A DNA stretch of 64,000 nt from Bacteroidota bacterium. GTDB lineage: Bacteria > Bacteroidota > Bacteroidia > Bacteroidales > Lentimicrobiaceae. Positions 38,234 through 48,036 of the stretch are shown here, in pieces. The translations under genes and the position numbers were made by a program. The stretch covers positions 24,349 to 88,348 of the forward strand of contig JAZDHI010000059.1 in NCBI GenBank assembly GCA_043806115.1, in the 5' to 3' direction. Numbering within the stretch: position 1 is the stretch's first letter; every line of letters starts with the position of its first letter. The notes beneath the pieces are model-generated. The model made no database searches. It was not told the origin of the DNA and saw only the letters and a program-made list of their open reading frames with translations.

Positions 38234-38592
38234 TTAATAAAGCGGTGTTTTGCGAAAATTGGTTATTTTCCTGCTCAAAATGAGTAACGCCCGATAAAGT
38301 ACATGCCTGTTCTCTGGGGTGATGATATCTCTTCGTTCAAAAATGATCAGAATGTAGGCGCATTCATATACTGAACGTCGGGCAATGTTCAGGAATTTTG
38401 CAAAATCTCAGTCAGAAAAAGAACCAGAACCTTCTGCAATATTATTTGAAATACATAAGACCGCTGCACTTGATTGTTCAGCAAATTTGAACAACCTTTT
38501 TAATCGGTTGAATCAGCACAATCAAATAGGTGATCAGAACAGGCGATAGCTTCTTTCCGGATGTCCTAATTTTCAAATCTGAAATCATCCAT
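38234..38592 (-). pseudogene. Heavily decayed four-helix-bundle protein gene (absent from the ORF track)
   Basis: Hand translation from ATG 38592: MDDFRFEN*DIRKEAIACSDHLFDCADSTD [frameshift] KRLFKFAEQSSAAVLCISNNIAEGSGSFSD*DFAKFLNIARRSVYECAYILIIFERR...LSRKITNFRKTPLY*. Keeps FRFE, SNNIAEG and F..FL.IARRS..E motifs. Confidence 0.85.
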
Positions 38593-38640
38593 GGTGATGG
38601 TATTTACTGCATTATAATATGATTTTTCAAGTTCTTACAA

Positions 38641-38675
38641 TGTGCTCAGCGCCCTGAGCCCTTTGCCCTGCGCCA
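38641..38675. repeat. Five 7-mers (nnnGCYC), right flank of cassette 2, reverse-complement orientation to 38074-38150
   Basis: TGTGCTC AGCGCCC TGAGCCC TTTGCCC TGCGCCA; abuts the stop codon at 38678. Confidence 0.7.
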
Positions 38676-38677
38676 AA

Positions 38678-39628
38678 CTACCCTGGCTTCCGCAACGACT
38701 CAATCTTCTCTACCAGCACTTTCGCCATTTTATAACTCGATTCATGCGTCCAGCCTGCGATATGGGGTGATAAAATTACTTTATCGCTGCCAATCAGCCG
38801 TTTAAACGAATCCGGAAGTCTGGCAGCATCCAGGTTTTCGAACGAGAGCTTTTCATATTCAAGAACATCCAGGGCAGCTCCCATAACCCTTCCCTTATCA
38901 ATGGCATCCATCAGGGCTGCAGTATCCACACACTGTCCGCGGGCTGTATTCACCAGGTAAACCGGCTTGCTGAATTTTTCAAGATAGGATTGATTTACCA
39001 AATGTCGGGTTTCATCGGTCAGGGGGATATGCAGGCTCACCACATCAGCATCGCTGAAAACCTCTCCCATCTGCACCTCTTTCACATACAATCCGCTGAA
39101 GCCGGCTTTGTATTTGTCGTAGGCAATGACATTGGCCCCGAAACCACTCAGTTTTCCGGCAAAAGCGCTTCCCGTATTTCCATAACCGATGATGGCAATG
39201 GTTTTACCCTGAATCTCTGTTCCACGGTTCCCTTCCCTGATCCATCTACCATTGCGGACTTCAGCATTAACCCTGCAAAGGTGGTTAAAAAGTGAAAGCA
39301 GCATGCCAATGGCATGTTCTCCAACAGCATCGCGGTTCCCTTCCGGAGCATTCAGGCAAACAATTCCTTTTGATTCAGCATAGACCTGATCGATGTTCTC
39401 CATTCCCGCCCCGACACGTGCTATAAACTTCAGTTTAGGAGCACTGTCAATGGCATCCCTGTCAATTTTTATTTTGCTCCTGATAACAATTCCTTCAGCT
39501 TCACCCGCCTGTGCCAGAATTTCATCACGATCCACCATGTGACTGTGAATGCAGGTAAAACCCAACCTTGTAAGTCCTTCATTAAGGAACGGATGGGCTG
39601 TATCGATAAATAAAACTGACGGTTTCAT
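38678..39628 (-). CDS. D-isomer 2-hydroxyacid dehydrogenase (SerA catalytic-domain-like)
   Basis: VIRSK, ARVGAGMENID, NAPEGNRDAVGEH, IIGYGNTG, VNTARG, ALDVLE.E, SPHIAGWT; start reassigned to ATG 39628. Confidence 0.88.
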   Translation of the reverse strand: MKPSVLFIDTAHPFLNEGLTRLGFTCIHSHMVDRDEILAQAGEAEGIVIRSKIKIDRDAIDSAPKLKFIARVGAGMENIDQVYAESKGIVCLNAPEGNRDAVGEHAIGMLLSLFNHLCRVNAEVRNGRWIREGNRGTEIQGKTIAIIGYGNTGSAFAGKLSGFGANVIAYDKYKAGFSGLYVKEVQMGEVFSDADVVSLHIPLTDETRHLVNQSYLEKFSKPVYLVNTARGQCVDTAALMDAIDKGRVMGAALDVLEYEKLSFENLDAARLPDSFKRLIGSDKVILSPHIAGWTHESSYKMAKVLVEKIESLRKPG

Positions 39629-39646
39629 AATGCCTGATTTTCGTAA

Positions 39647-39654
39647 CAAAGGTA
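39647..39654 (-). promoter_or_regulatory. -7 box (TACCTTTG) for the dehydrogenase gene
   Basis: CAAAGGTA on the + strand, 18 bp upstream of ATG 39628; supports the shorter start. Confidence 0.55.
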
Positions 39655-39762
39655 GGTAGCAACATCCAGAAACAAGCAACAATTATTGATGGTTTTAACT
39701 GCATTCCCCTGAATTGTCGTAACTTCGCCGGTCAATTCAGCAAAATAAAGAAAACTATTGAT

Positions 39763-42153
39763 ATGTGGAATGTACTGGTACGGCTGATTCTCAGGAACAG
39801 ACCCGGTATTCTGGTCGTGATCGGATTCATTACGGTTGTAATGGCCTGGCAGGGTTTGGGGGTAAAACTTTCGTACGATATGGTCAGGATGTTGCCCTCC
39901 ACCGATTCAGCAGTTATTGATTACGATGCTTTCAAGAAAAGGTTCGGTGAAGACGGAAGTGTACTGGTAATCGGTGTGAAGAATCCGGATATGTTTAAAC
40001 TGGACGAGTTGAACGCCTGGTATGACCTAACAACCGATATGGGCCGGATTGAAGGCATAGCGGGGGTAACTTCAATCACAAAAGCTGCCAATATTGTTAA
40101 AAATGACAGTCTCCGGAAATTTGAATTTCTCCCCCTGATTGGAGAAAAACCGGTAATACAGGCTCAGGCTGACTCACTGAAAGACAGAATTCAATCACTG
40201 AAATTCTATGAAGGACTTCTTTATAATTCAGAAACCAATGCCTACCTCCTGGCCGTTACCCTCGATAAATCCAAGCTGAATGACAAGAGCCGCTTAACCG
40301 TTACTGATAACATTGTAAAACGGGCAAAGGCATACTCCGAAAAAACCGGCCATGAGCTGCATTATTCCGGCTTGCCATACATACGGTCGGTCATGACCCG
40401 GAAGATCAAGAGCGAATTGTTTCTTTTCATATTCCTCTCCATTGGTATAGCAGCGCTGATTCTTTTCCTTTTCTTCCGTTCGTATAAAGTAGTACTCAGT
40501 TCACTTGTGGTTGTAGCGATCAGCATTGTTTTCACCCTCGGTTTAATCGGGCTCTTCGGCTACAAGATCAGTATTCTCACAGGCGTCATTCCCTCTCTTA
40601 TCGTTGTTATCGCCATAGAAAACTGCATCTATATCCTGAACAAATACCATTGGGAATACCGTCAGCACGGCAATAAAATAAAAGCATTGTCAAGGGTTGT
40701 TCAGCGCATCGGATTTGCTTCACTGATGGTGAATACTGCCACTGCTGCCGGATTTGCTGCTTTTATCCTGGTTTCGAACCAGTTGTTGCGTGAATTCGGG
40801 ATTATTGCCTCCATCAGCATTATGCTAGAATACCTGCTTTGTATCCTTCTGTTACCGATCATCTTCAGTTATATGAAGCCACCGACCGAGAAACACCTGG
40901 CTCACCTCGACAATAGAATCTTCGGAACCGTCCTGGAGAAAATCATTTACTTCATTCAGTATAAAAGGAAAACCATCTTTACTATTGCAGGATTGTCGCT
41001 TGTTGCAGGTATTATTGGCATGATGATGATGAAAACATCGGGAAAGGTTGTCGACGACATCAGCGAATCCAATGTTTTATATAAGGACCTGAAATTCTTT
41101 GAAAAAGAGTTCGGAGGTGTGATGCCCTTTGAAATCTCTATTGATACAAAGAAGAAGAAAGGAGTTATGAGGCTTGCCACCATTGAAAAAATTGATGAAC
41201 TTCAGACTGAAATTCTTAAAAACAAGGAATTCTCAAAACCTCTTTCGGTTGCTGAACTGGCCAAATTCGCCAAACAGGCTTACTTTAATGGCAATCCTGA
41301 TATGTATGAGTTGCCGAATTCACAGGAACGCAACTTCGTTTTTTCCTATTTTCCGCAGAAAGCTGCCAGCCAGAAGGGACTGCTCAATTCCTTTATCGAC
41401 AGTACTCAACAGTTTACACGGGTCAGCTTTCAGATGGCAGATATTGGGACCAAAGAGATGAACCGCCTGCTCGATAGTATCCGGCCAAAAGTAGCTGCGA
41501 TTTTCCCGGCTGACAAGTACGATGTCAATATCACCGGAAACAGTGTGGTTTATACCCGTGGAACCGAATTTCTTATAAAGCACCTGTTCGAGAGTGTACT
41601 TATCGCCATTGGCTTTATCTCCCTGCTCATGGCGCTGATGTTTTCGAGCGCCAGGATGATCGCTGTCTCAATGTTGCCAAACATTATTCCGCTCATCATT
41701 ACCGCTGCCATCATGGGTTTCGTCGGGGTACCTGTAAAACCTTCGACCATCATCGTCTTCAGCATCGCCCTGGGAATCTCAGTGGATAATGCCATCCAGT
41801 ACCTTTCGAGATACCGTCATGAATTAAAGATAACAGGCAACGATATCAAACTTTCCACCATCAATGCATTGCGTGAAGCAGGGTTTAGTATGATTTACAC
41901 ATCAATTGTACTTGTGCTCGGGTTCAGTGTATTTATGGTTTCTAGCTTTGGTGGCACCAAAGCATTGGGTATGCTTGTTTCGACCACGCTGTTTATTGCA
42001 ATGTTCTTCAATATCATGGTTCTTCCATCACTCCTCCTTGTGCTTGACAAATACCTGGTAACCAAAGCCTTTGCTTCTGAACCGCTGATTGAGATTTATG
42101 ATGGAGAGGATACTGAGAATGAACAGGAAGAAGACCTGGAGGATATAAAGTAA
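39763..42153 (+). CDS. RND/MMPL-family membrane transporter
   Basis: Duplicated 1+5 TM layout with periplasmic loops; YSGLPYI and ITGNSVV; IALGISVDNAIQYLSRY; LREFG and TKALG. Confidence 0.85.
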   Translation: MWNVLVRLILRNRPGILVVIGFITVVMAWQGLGVKLSYDMVRMLPSTDSAVIDYDAFKKRFGEDGSVLVIGVKNPDMFKLDELNAWYDLTTDMGRIEGIAGVTSITKAANIVKNDSLRKFEFLPLIGEKPVIQAQADSLKDRIQSLKFYEGLLYNSETNAYLLAVTLDKSKLNDKSRLTVTDNIVKRAKAYSEKTGHELHYSGLPYIRSVMTRKIKSELFLFIFLSIGIAALILFLFFRSYKVVLSSLVVVAISIVFTLGLIGLFGYKISILTGVIPSLIVVIAIENCIYILNKYHWEYRQHGNKIKALSRVVQRIGFASLMVNTATAAGFAAFILVSNQLLREFGIIASISIMLEYLLCILLLPIIFSYMKPPTEKHLAHLDNRIFGTVLEKIIYFIQYKRKTIFTIAGLSLVAGIIGMMMMKTSGKVVDDISESNVLYKDLKFFEKEFGGVMPFEISIDTKKKKGVMRLATIEKIDELQTEILKNKEFSKPLSVAELAKFAKQAYFNGNPDMYELPNSQERNFVFSYFPQKAASQKGLLNSFIDSTQQFTRVSFQMADIGTKEMNRLLDSIRPKVAAIFPADKYDVNITGNSVVYTRGTEFLIKHLFESVLIAIGFISLLMALMFSSARMIAVSMLPNIIPLIITAAIMGFVGVPVKPSTIIVFSIALGISVDNAIQYLSRYRHELKITGNDIKLSTINALREAGFSMIYTSIVLVLGFSVFMVSSFGGTKALGMLVSTTLFIAMFFNIMVLPSLLLVLDKYLVTKAFASEPLIEIYDGEDTENEQEEDLEDIK

Positions 42154-42246
42154 CCGATGGGTTACATTTGAATGATTCTTCGATTATATCTGGTAAACCA
42201 CTGGGATTACAGATCTTCATGTTAAATTGCTAAGAACCTATACTGT

Positions 42247-43104
42247 ATGAAAGGAATTATTCTGGCCGGAGGATCCGGTACCCGTTTACACCCCCTGACA
42301 CTGGCAGTCAGCAAACAGCTTATGCCTGTTTATGACAAACCTATGATTTATTATCCGTTGTCAGTTCTGATGATGGCCGGGATCCACGAGATTCTGATTA
42401 TATCAACGCCACACGACCTTCCAAATTTCGAAAAGCTGCTTGGCGACGGAACAGCGCTTGGCTGTAAGTTCAGTTATATCGTTCAGCATGTGCCCAACGG
42501 TCTAGCACAGGCATTTGTGATCGGTGCGCCTTTCATCGGAAACGATGATGCAGCACTTATCCTGGGTGATAATATTTTTTACAGCTCCGGCCTCCAGCTT
42601 TTGCTGAACGAGTGCCGTAAACCCGAAGGAGGTATTGTCTTTGCCTATCATGTGGCCGATCCGGAAAGGTATGGGGTCGTAGAGTTCGACCAATCCGGTA
42701 TTGCAATCTCCATTGAGGAAAAGCCGAAAGAGCCCAAATCAAACTATGCTGTACCAGGTCTGTATTTCTATGACAACAGCGTGGTGGAAGTCGCAGCGAA
42801 TATAAAACCCAGCGCCAGGGGCGAATATGAGATTACCGATGTTAACCGTTATTACCTTGAGCAGGGCAGGCTGAAGGTGAAAGTAATGAGCCGGGGGACC
42901 GCCTGGCTTGACACTGGAACGTTCTCGTCGCTTACACAGGCATCACAGTTCGTCGAAGTCATTGAAACCCGCCAGGGGCTTAAAATAGGCTGCATCGAAG
43001 AGGTTGCTTTCAGGATGGGATATATCAGTAAAACCCAATTGCATGAAATAGCCAAACCTTTGCTGAAAAGTGGTTATGGTGAATACCTGATGCATTTATC
43101 CTAG
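42247..43104 (+). CDS. rfbA: Glucose-1-phosphate thymidylyltransferase
   Basis: [73 protein letters not shown]. Confidence 0.96.
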   Translation: MKGIILAGGSGTRLHPLTLAVSKQLMPVYDKPMIYYPLSVLMMAGIHEILIISTPHDLPNFEKLLGDGTALGCKFSYIVQHVPNGLAQAFVIGAPFIGNDDAALILGDNIFYSSGLQLLLNECRKPEGGIVFAYHVADPERYGVVEFDQSGIAISIEEKPKEPKSNYAVPGLYFYDNSVVEVAANIKPSARGEYEITDVNRYYLEQGRLKVKVMSRGTAWLDTGTFSSLTQASQFVEVIETRQGLKIGCIEEVAFRMGYISKTQLHEIAKPLLKSGYGEYLMHLS

Positions 43105-43114
43105 CTTACCCCGA

Positions 43115-44089
43115 ATGTTTACTATTGAAGAATTACAGGAAAAAATAACCAGGGCTCTCGGGGAATTGCCGGTTTACCATGAACCGGACGGATTGTACCG
43201 GCCGATAAACTATACACTCGGACTTGGAGGCAAAAGGTTGCGGCCCCTGCTGGCCCTGATTTCCACCCAGCTGTTTGGTGGTAATCCCGAGAAAGCTCTT
43301 CCGGCTGCCATTGCCATTGAAATATTTCACAATTTTACCCTGCTTCATGACGATATCATCGACCAGGCTCCATTACGACGTGGGCGGGAAACCGTTTATA
43401 AAAAGTGGGACATCAATACCGCTATTCTTTCGGGCGACACCATGTTTGCCATTGCTTTCGGAGAACTGGCTAAATCTGATCCTGAAAAGCTGTCATCCCT
43501 GATGAAGGTGTTTACCAGAACCGCCATAGAAGTTTGTGAAGGCCAGCAATATGACATCGATTTTGAAAAATCTGATGATGTAAGTATCGAAGGTTACATC
43601 AATATGATCCGGTTGAAAACAGCCGTTTTGCTGGCCGCCAGCCTTAAGATCGGAGCCATCATTGCCGGGGTGCCCGAACATCAGGCTGAAAACATATACA
43701 GTTTCGGCGAAAACATCGGTATTGCCTTCCAATTACAGGATGACCTGCTTGACACATTTGGAAACGAAGCACTTTTCGGTAAAAAAACCGGTGGGGATAT
43801 CGTGAGCAATAAAAAAACATTCCTTTACCTGAAAGCGCTGGAATGTGCCGGAAAAAATGATGCGGAAAGACTAAGATCGCTTTATAGCAATAAAAGTCAG
43901 GAAGAAGATCAGAAAATAAGGGAAGTCACAGAGATATTCAAACAAACCGGAATAGAGGCACTTACCAATACAGCCATCCTGGAATACTACAATAAGTCTA
44001 TGGAATTTCTGTCAAAGCTGGAAACCGACGAAATCGCCCTTGCACCTCTGCTGAAACTGGCCAATGGCATGCTGAACAGAAACCACTGA
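43115..44089 (+). CDS. Polyprenyl diphosphate synthase (IspA/GGPP synthase type)
   Basis: GGKRLRP, HNFTLLHDDIID..PLRRG, EGQQ.D, KTA, FQLQDDLLD.FG, GGDI. Confidence 0.92.
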   Translation: MFTIEELQEKITRALGELPVYHEPDGLYRPINYTLGLGGKRLRPLLALISTQLFGGNPEKALPAAIAIEIFHNFTLLHDDIIDQAPLRRGRETVYKKWDINTAILSGDTMFAIAFGELAKSDPEKLSSLMKVFTRTAIEVCEGQQYDIDFEKSDDVSIEGYINMIRLKTAVLLAASLKIGAIIAGVPEHQAENIYSFGENIGIAFQLQDDLLDTFGNEALFGKKTGGDIVSNKKTFLYLKALECAGKNDAERLRSLYSNKSQEEDQKIREVTEIFKQTGIEALTNTAILEYYNKSMEFLSKLETDEIALAPLLKLANGMLNRNH

Positions 44090-46048
44090 TCAGGTTTCAG
44101 AGCCCAGGCTTCCTTTCATCTCTTCATATTCAAGATGCAGCAATTCCCAATCATCCATTTCTGATTGCAGACTGGTTTTCAAGGTTTCATATTTCTGATA
44201 GATCGAACCATCCGACAACTCTTTTAAATGACTATCGGGATTAGCCAGTATCCTGTCAATGGCAGCAATATCCGATTCAATACGATGAATTACCGTTTCA
44301 GATTTCTCAATACGGCTGACAATTTTGCGGAGTTCTTTATCGAGTAGTTTCTTTTTCTCGTAACTGGCCTTCTGCTGAGACACGGGTTCAGCCGGTTCAT
44401 TTTTTGCGTTGGCTCGCTGGAGGTTCAGCTGATCGAGTGTTGCCAGCCTTCTTTTATCAAGAAAATCGTAGATATCGCCCAGATGCTGTTTGACATTCCC
44501 GCCCCTGAATTCAAATACTTTATTGGTCAATCCCTGCAAAAAGTCACGATCATGTGAAACCACAATCAGGGTGCCATCATACATCAGTAGCGCATTTTTC
44601 AGGATATCTTTCGACATCATATCAAGATGGTTGGTCGGCTCATCCAAAACAAGCAGGTTAACCGGTAAGAGAAGCAGTTTGGCCAGAGCCAGTCGTGATT
44701 TCTCTCCCCCTGAAAGTACTTTCACTTTCTTCTCGATGTCCTCACCTGCAAACAGGAAGCTGCCCAGAATGCCGCGTACCTTAGGCCTGATATCACCTAC
44801 CGCCACATCGTCGATGGTCTGGAAAACCGTTCTTTCGGGATCAAGCAGATCGGCCTGATTCTGGGCATAGTACCCCAGTTTTACATTATAACCGATTTTA
44901 CATTCTCCGGTATGCTCAAGGCCCTCGGTAATTATCTTAGCCAGTGTAGTTTTTCCTTCCCCGTTTTTACCGACAAAAGCAACAAAATCATTCCGTTCAA
45001 TGGCAAAATCCACATTGCTGAAAACAAGGTTTGCTCCATAGGATTTCCCAAGTCCTCCGGCCTCAATAACAAGCTTGCCTGAAGGTGGGGCAGGTGGAAA
45101 CTTAAAATGGATGGACGATTTATCCACATTGTCCACTTCAACCCGCTCGATTTTCTCAAGCAGCTTCTGCTTTGATTGTACCTGCCGGGCTTTGGTGGCT
45201 TTATAACGGAACCTTTCAATAAACCTTTCAATATCGGCCAGTTGACGTTGTTGGTTGTTAAAGGCGGCCAGTTGCTGCTCCTGAAGTTCGCTCCTTTGTT
45301 CAACATAACCTGAATAAGAGGTCTTGAAATCAAAGATTCTTCCCAGCGATATTTCGATAGTACGGTTGGTCACATTGTCAAGAAAAGCACGATCGTGCGA
45401 CACTATGATGACAGCCCCTCTGAAGAATTCAAGGTATTCTTCGAGCCATTGAATGGATTCAATGTCAAGGTGATTGGTCGGCTCATCGAGCAGCAGCAGT
45501 CCGGGTTTCTGCAACAGAAGTTTGGCAAGCTCCACACGCATACGCCACCCGCCACTGAATTCACTGAGTTTACGGTTAAAGTCCGAAGCAGAGAATCCCA
45601 GCCCGATCAGCACTTTTTCCGTCTCCCCTTCCATTTCATGACCACCCGACAGCGTAAACTGCTCGTTGCATTCATTGAGCCTTTCAATCAGTTTCAGGTA
45701 CTCTTTACTGTGGAAATCGTTGCGCTCGGTTAATTCATGGCTCAGCCGATCACCTTCGCTTTTAAGCGCGAGGATTCTGTCGAATGCACGCATGGTTTCA
45801 ACGAAAACAGTGTCCTTGCCGGTTGTCACAACTTCTTGCGGGAGATAACCGATCAGCAGGTCCGATGGCCTGGCGATCGTGCCTTTTTCAGGCTGTTGTT
45901 CACCGTTGATTATTCGCAGTAGAGTCGTTTTACCTGCCCCGTTTTTACCGACCAGCCCAACCCTTTCTCTTTCGGTGATCAGGAAATTAATATCATCGAA
46001 AAGGTATTTCCCGGTGAAATAGACTGAAAGGTTGTTGATTGAAAGCAT
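44090..46048 (-). CDS. ABC-F family ATP-binding protein
   Basis: Two NBDs (GKNGAGKTT / FSGGWRMR / LLLDEPTNHLD and GKNGEGKTT / LSGGEKSR / LVLDEPTNHLD), no TM segments, C-terminal coiled coil. Confidence 0.94.
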   Translation of the reverse strand: MLSINNLSVYFTGKYLFDDINFLITERERVGLVGKNGAGKTTLLRIINGEQQPEKGTIARPSDLLIGYLPQEVVTTGKDTVFVETMRAFDRILALKSEGDRLSHELTERNDFHSKEYLKLIERLNECNEQFTLSGGHEMEGETEKVLIGLGFSASDFNRKLSEFSGGWRMRVELAKLLLQKPGLLLLDEPTNHLDIESIQWLEEYLEFFRGAVIIVSHDRAFLDNVTNRTIEISLGRIFDFKTSYSGYVEQRSELQEQQLAAFNNQQRQLADIERFIERFRYKATKARQVQSKQKLLEKIERVEVDNVDKSSIHFKFPPAPPSGKLVIEAGGLGKSYGANLVFSNVDFAIERNDFVAFVGKNGEGKTTLAKIITEGLEHTGECKIGYNVKLGYYAQNQADLLDPERTVFQTIDDVAVGDIRPKVRGILGSFLFAGEDIEKKVKVLSGGEKSRLALAKLLLLPVNLLVLDEPTNHLDMMSKDILKNALLMYDGTLIVVSHDRDFLQGLTNKVFEFRGGNVKQHLGDIYDFLDKRRLATLDQLNLQRANAKNEPAEPVSQQKASYEKKKLLDKELRKIVSRIEKSETVIHRIESDIAAIDRILANPDSHLKELSDGSIYQKYETLKTSLQSEMDDWELLHLEYEEMKGSLGSET

Positions 46049-46076
46049 AATACCCCGGGCTGTTGAATGGGGAGTG

Positions 46077-46084
46077 CAAAGGTA
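46077..46084 (-). promoter_or_regulatory. -7 box (TACCTTTG) for the ABC-F gene
   Basis: CAAAGGTA on the + strand, 28 bp upstream of the ATG and 40 bp beyond the intron 3' end. Confidence 0.55.
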
Positions 46085-46123
46085 TCATTTTCCTGTTATT
46101 TTTTCCAGATGGTAAGATGGGTA

Positions 46124-46214
46124 ATCGAGTAGGAGGAAAATGAAATAGTTTACCTCCTATTTCATTTTCCGACCTCTCACACCACCGTACGTACCGTTCG
46201 GTATACGGCGGTTC
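46124..46214 (-). ncRNA. Group II intron ribozyme domains V and VI
   Basis: DV GAACCGCCGTATACC-GAAC-GGTACGTACGGTGGTGT (46179-46214) with CCG triad. DVI GAG-AGG...CCT-A-CTC with bulged branch A at 46130 and an internal perfect 14 bp stem GGAAAATGAAATAG/CTATTTCATTTTCC. Confidence 0.9.
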
Positions 46215-46215
46215 C

Positions 46216-47622
46216 TTAATTCACAACCTTTACCCTATGATAACAATCCGAAAAGAAAACGTATCCAGCTGCCCTTAACTTTTCATTGGTGATGGTTGTA
46301 CCGAGGATAAAGCTGCCAGCTATTCGCCAGTATCCTTTCCTTGTGTTCGCCCATTCCCACGCTTTGGATTTATTGACCCCAAGTTTAATGAGATTTGTCA
46401 GTCTGGTTCGTATGCGTTTCCATTGTTTCCATATAACCATCCTTAACCTACGGCGATACCATTCATCTATCTTAAGTTGCAGCTTGTTCATATCGGCATG
46501 CCTGAAGTATTGAACCCAGCCCCTGATATACTGGCGCAGGGCTTCTTTTCTTCTTTCGTTTCCCCATCCATTGCTCCTTGATGTAAGTTGCTTGATTCTG
46601 GCCTTCATCTTCAAAGCACTTTTAGGGTGTAATCGAAGCCGCCCAATGCCTTTGGCCGTGTAAAAAGAATACCCAAGGAATTTTACTTCCTTAATATGGC
46701 ATACCTTGCTCTTATCCCTGTTTACCTTTAGAAACAGTTTGTTCTCTATGAAACAGGTAATGTTTTCATAGACTCTTTGAGCACTTCGTTTGCTCTTACA
46801 CAGAATGACCAGATCATCTGCGTATCGCATAAACTTGTGCCCCCGCCTCTCCAGTTCCGTATCCAGTTCATGCAGCATGATGTTGCTCAGTAGTGGGCTT
46901 AATGGCCCTCCCTGAGGAACACCTTCTTCACTGGGCTCAAACCGGTGCTTGACAATCACCCCTGCGGTGAGGTATTTATGGATGAGCGAGATAACCCGGC
47001 CATCCTTAACCCTACGGGATAGTACCTCTATCAGTTTGCTGTGATTGACCTTGTCGAAGAATTTCTCAAGATCGATATCTACCGCATAGTAATATCCGCT
47101 GGTGATGTATTGTGAGCCTTGCTTTAACGCCTGATGAGCGCTCCGCTTTGGCCTGAACCCATAGCTGAATGGGGAAAACTGTGGTTCATAAAGGGGTGTG
47201 AGAACCTGACCAATGGATTGCTGGATCACCCTGTCAACTACTGTGGGGATACCCAGCTTACGTTTACTTCGGTCGTCCTTGGGTATCTCTACCCGTCGGA
47301 TCGGATTTGGGCGATACTTGCCCTTTTGTATGGATGCTACGATTTCATCTTTGTGTTTGACAAGATAGTCCTGCAAGGACTCGACTTCCATCTTATCAAC
47401 ACCTCCTGCTCCTTTATTCTGCTTTACCTTTAAATATGCAGCGTTCAGGTTAGAAGGTGACAAAATGAATTCAAGCAATCCATGTCCTGTTGGGTGGTTG
47501 TCAGTGAGGTTGTTTTCAGTTATCCCAATGTAGGTCTGCCCTCCCGCATAGCCTTCGGATTCCGTCCTGTTCTTTTGTGGTAAGGCTCCAATTATTGGAG
47601 TTGGCTGCTTTCTATCCTTCAT
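46216..47622 (-). CDS. ltrA: Group II intron reverse transcriptase/maturase without endonuclease domain
   Basis: GAGGVD (RT0), IPK..R.LGIPTVVDRVIQQ, FSYGFRP.RS, DIDLEKFFD, GVPQGGPLSPLLSNI, RYADD, FLGYSF, maturase X domain IRGWVQYF; no HNH. Confidence 0.96.
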   Translation of the reverse strand: MKDRKQPTPIIGALPQKNRTESEGYAGGQTYIGITENNLTDNHPTGHGLLEFILSPSNLNAAYLKVKQNKGAGGVDKMEVESLQDYLVKHKDEIVASIQKGKYRPNPIRRVEIPKDDRSKRKLGIPTVVDRVIQQSIGQVLTPLYEPQFSPFSYGFRPKRSAHQALKQGSQYITSGYYYAVDIDLEKFFDKVNHSKLIEVLSRRVKDGRVISLIHKYLTAGVIVKHRFEPSEEGVPQGGPLSPLLSNIMLHELDTELERRGHKFMRYADDLVILCKSKRSAQRVYENITCFIENKLFLKVNRDKSKVCHIKEVKFLGYSFYTAKGIGRLRLHPKSALKMKARIKQLTSRSNGWGNERRKEALRQYIRGWVQYFRHADMNKLQLKIDEWYRRRLRMVIWKQWKRIRTRLTNLIKLGVNKSKAWEWANTRKGYWRIAGSFILGTTITNEKLRAAGYVFFSDCYHRVKVVN

Positions 47623-48036
47623 CGGGTAGCTTTCATTGACTACTCACTTCTTAAGGTTCAGCCCTTCCCACGATGGTCGTATCATGGTACTATGGCTTCT
47701 GCTGACTTCTCACAGTAAATCTTATTTCAACCGTGCTTCATACGCTGTTTCAACACGTCTGTGAGATCTCCCGTGGTAAGACTAATCACTTTCCCTCCAT
47801 GTCCCCGCCACATTTACACTCCATTGTCTGTGTAGTTTTTGGACTTCGATTTGTTTTGCAATCTCATCCCATCGGAAGTGCCTGATGTGATTCGTATTCC
47901 TCGGGGCAGAGGTTTGCCTTGAGCTTCCTTCAGATTCCACCTCACGGTGGACACCCTTGCTTTTGGCTAATGGTTGGCAACTACAAACCCCCATAGTGGA
48001 CTTTCACCACCAAGTTATTAGTCATGCACGGCGCAC

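Larger units (their letters stand above)
46124..48036 (-). mobile_element. Complete class IIC group II intron (1913 bp)
   Basis: 5' end GTGCG at 48036 directly after a terminator stem and T8; RT/maturase ORF inside; domain V right after the ORF stop; 3' end ...CCTACTCGAT at 46124. Confidence 0.92.

Noticed and set aside
33028-38675. CRISPR arrays
   Set aside because: Units are 7-8 bp and directly abutting, with no unique spacers and no cas genes.
47782-47994. 70 aa ORF upstream of the RT
   Set aside because: Lies in intron domain I RNA; no protein motif.
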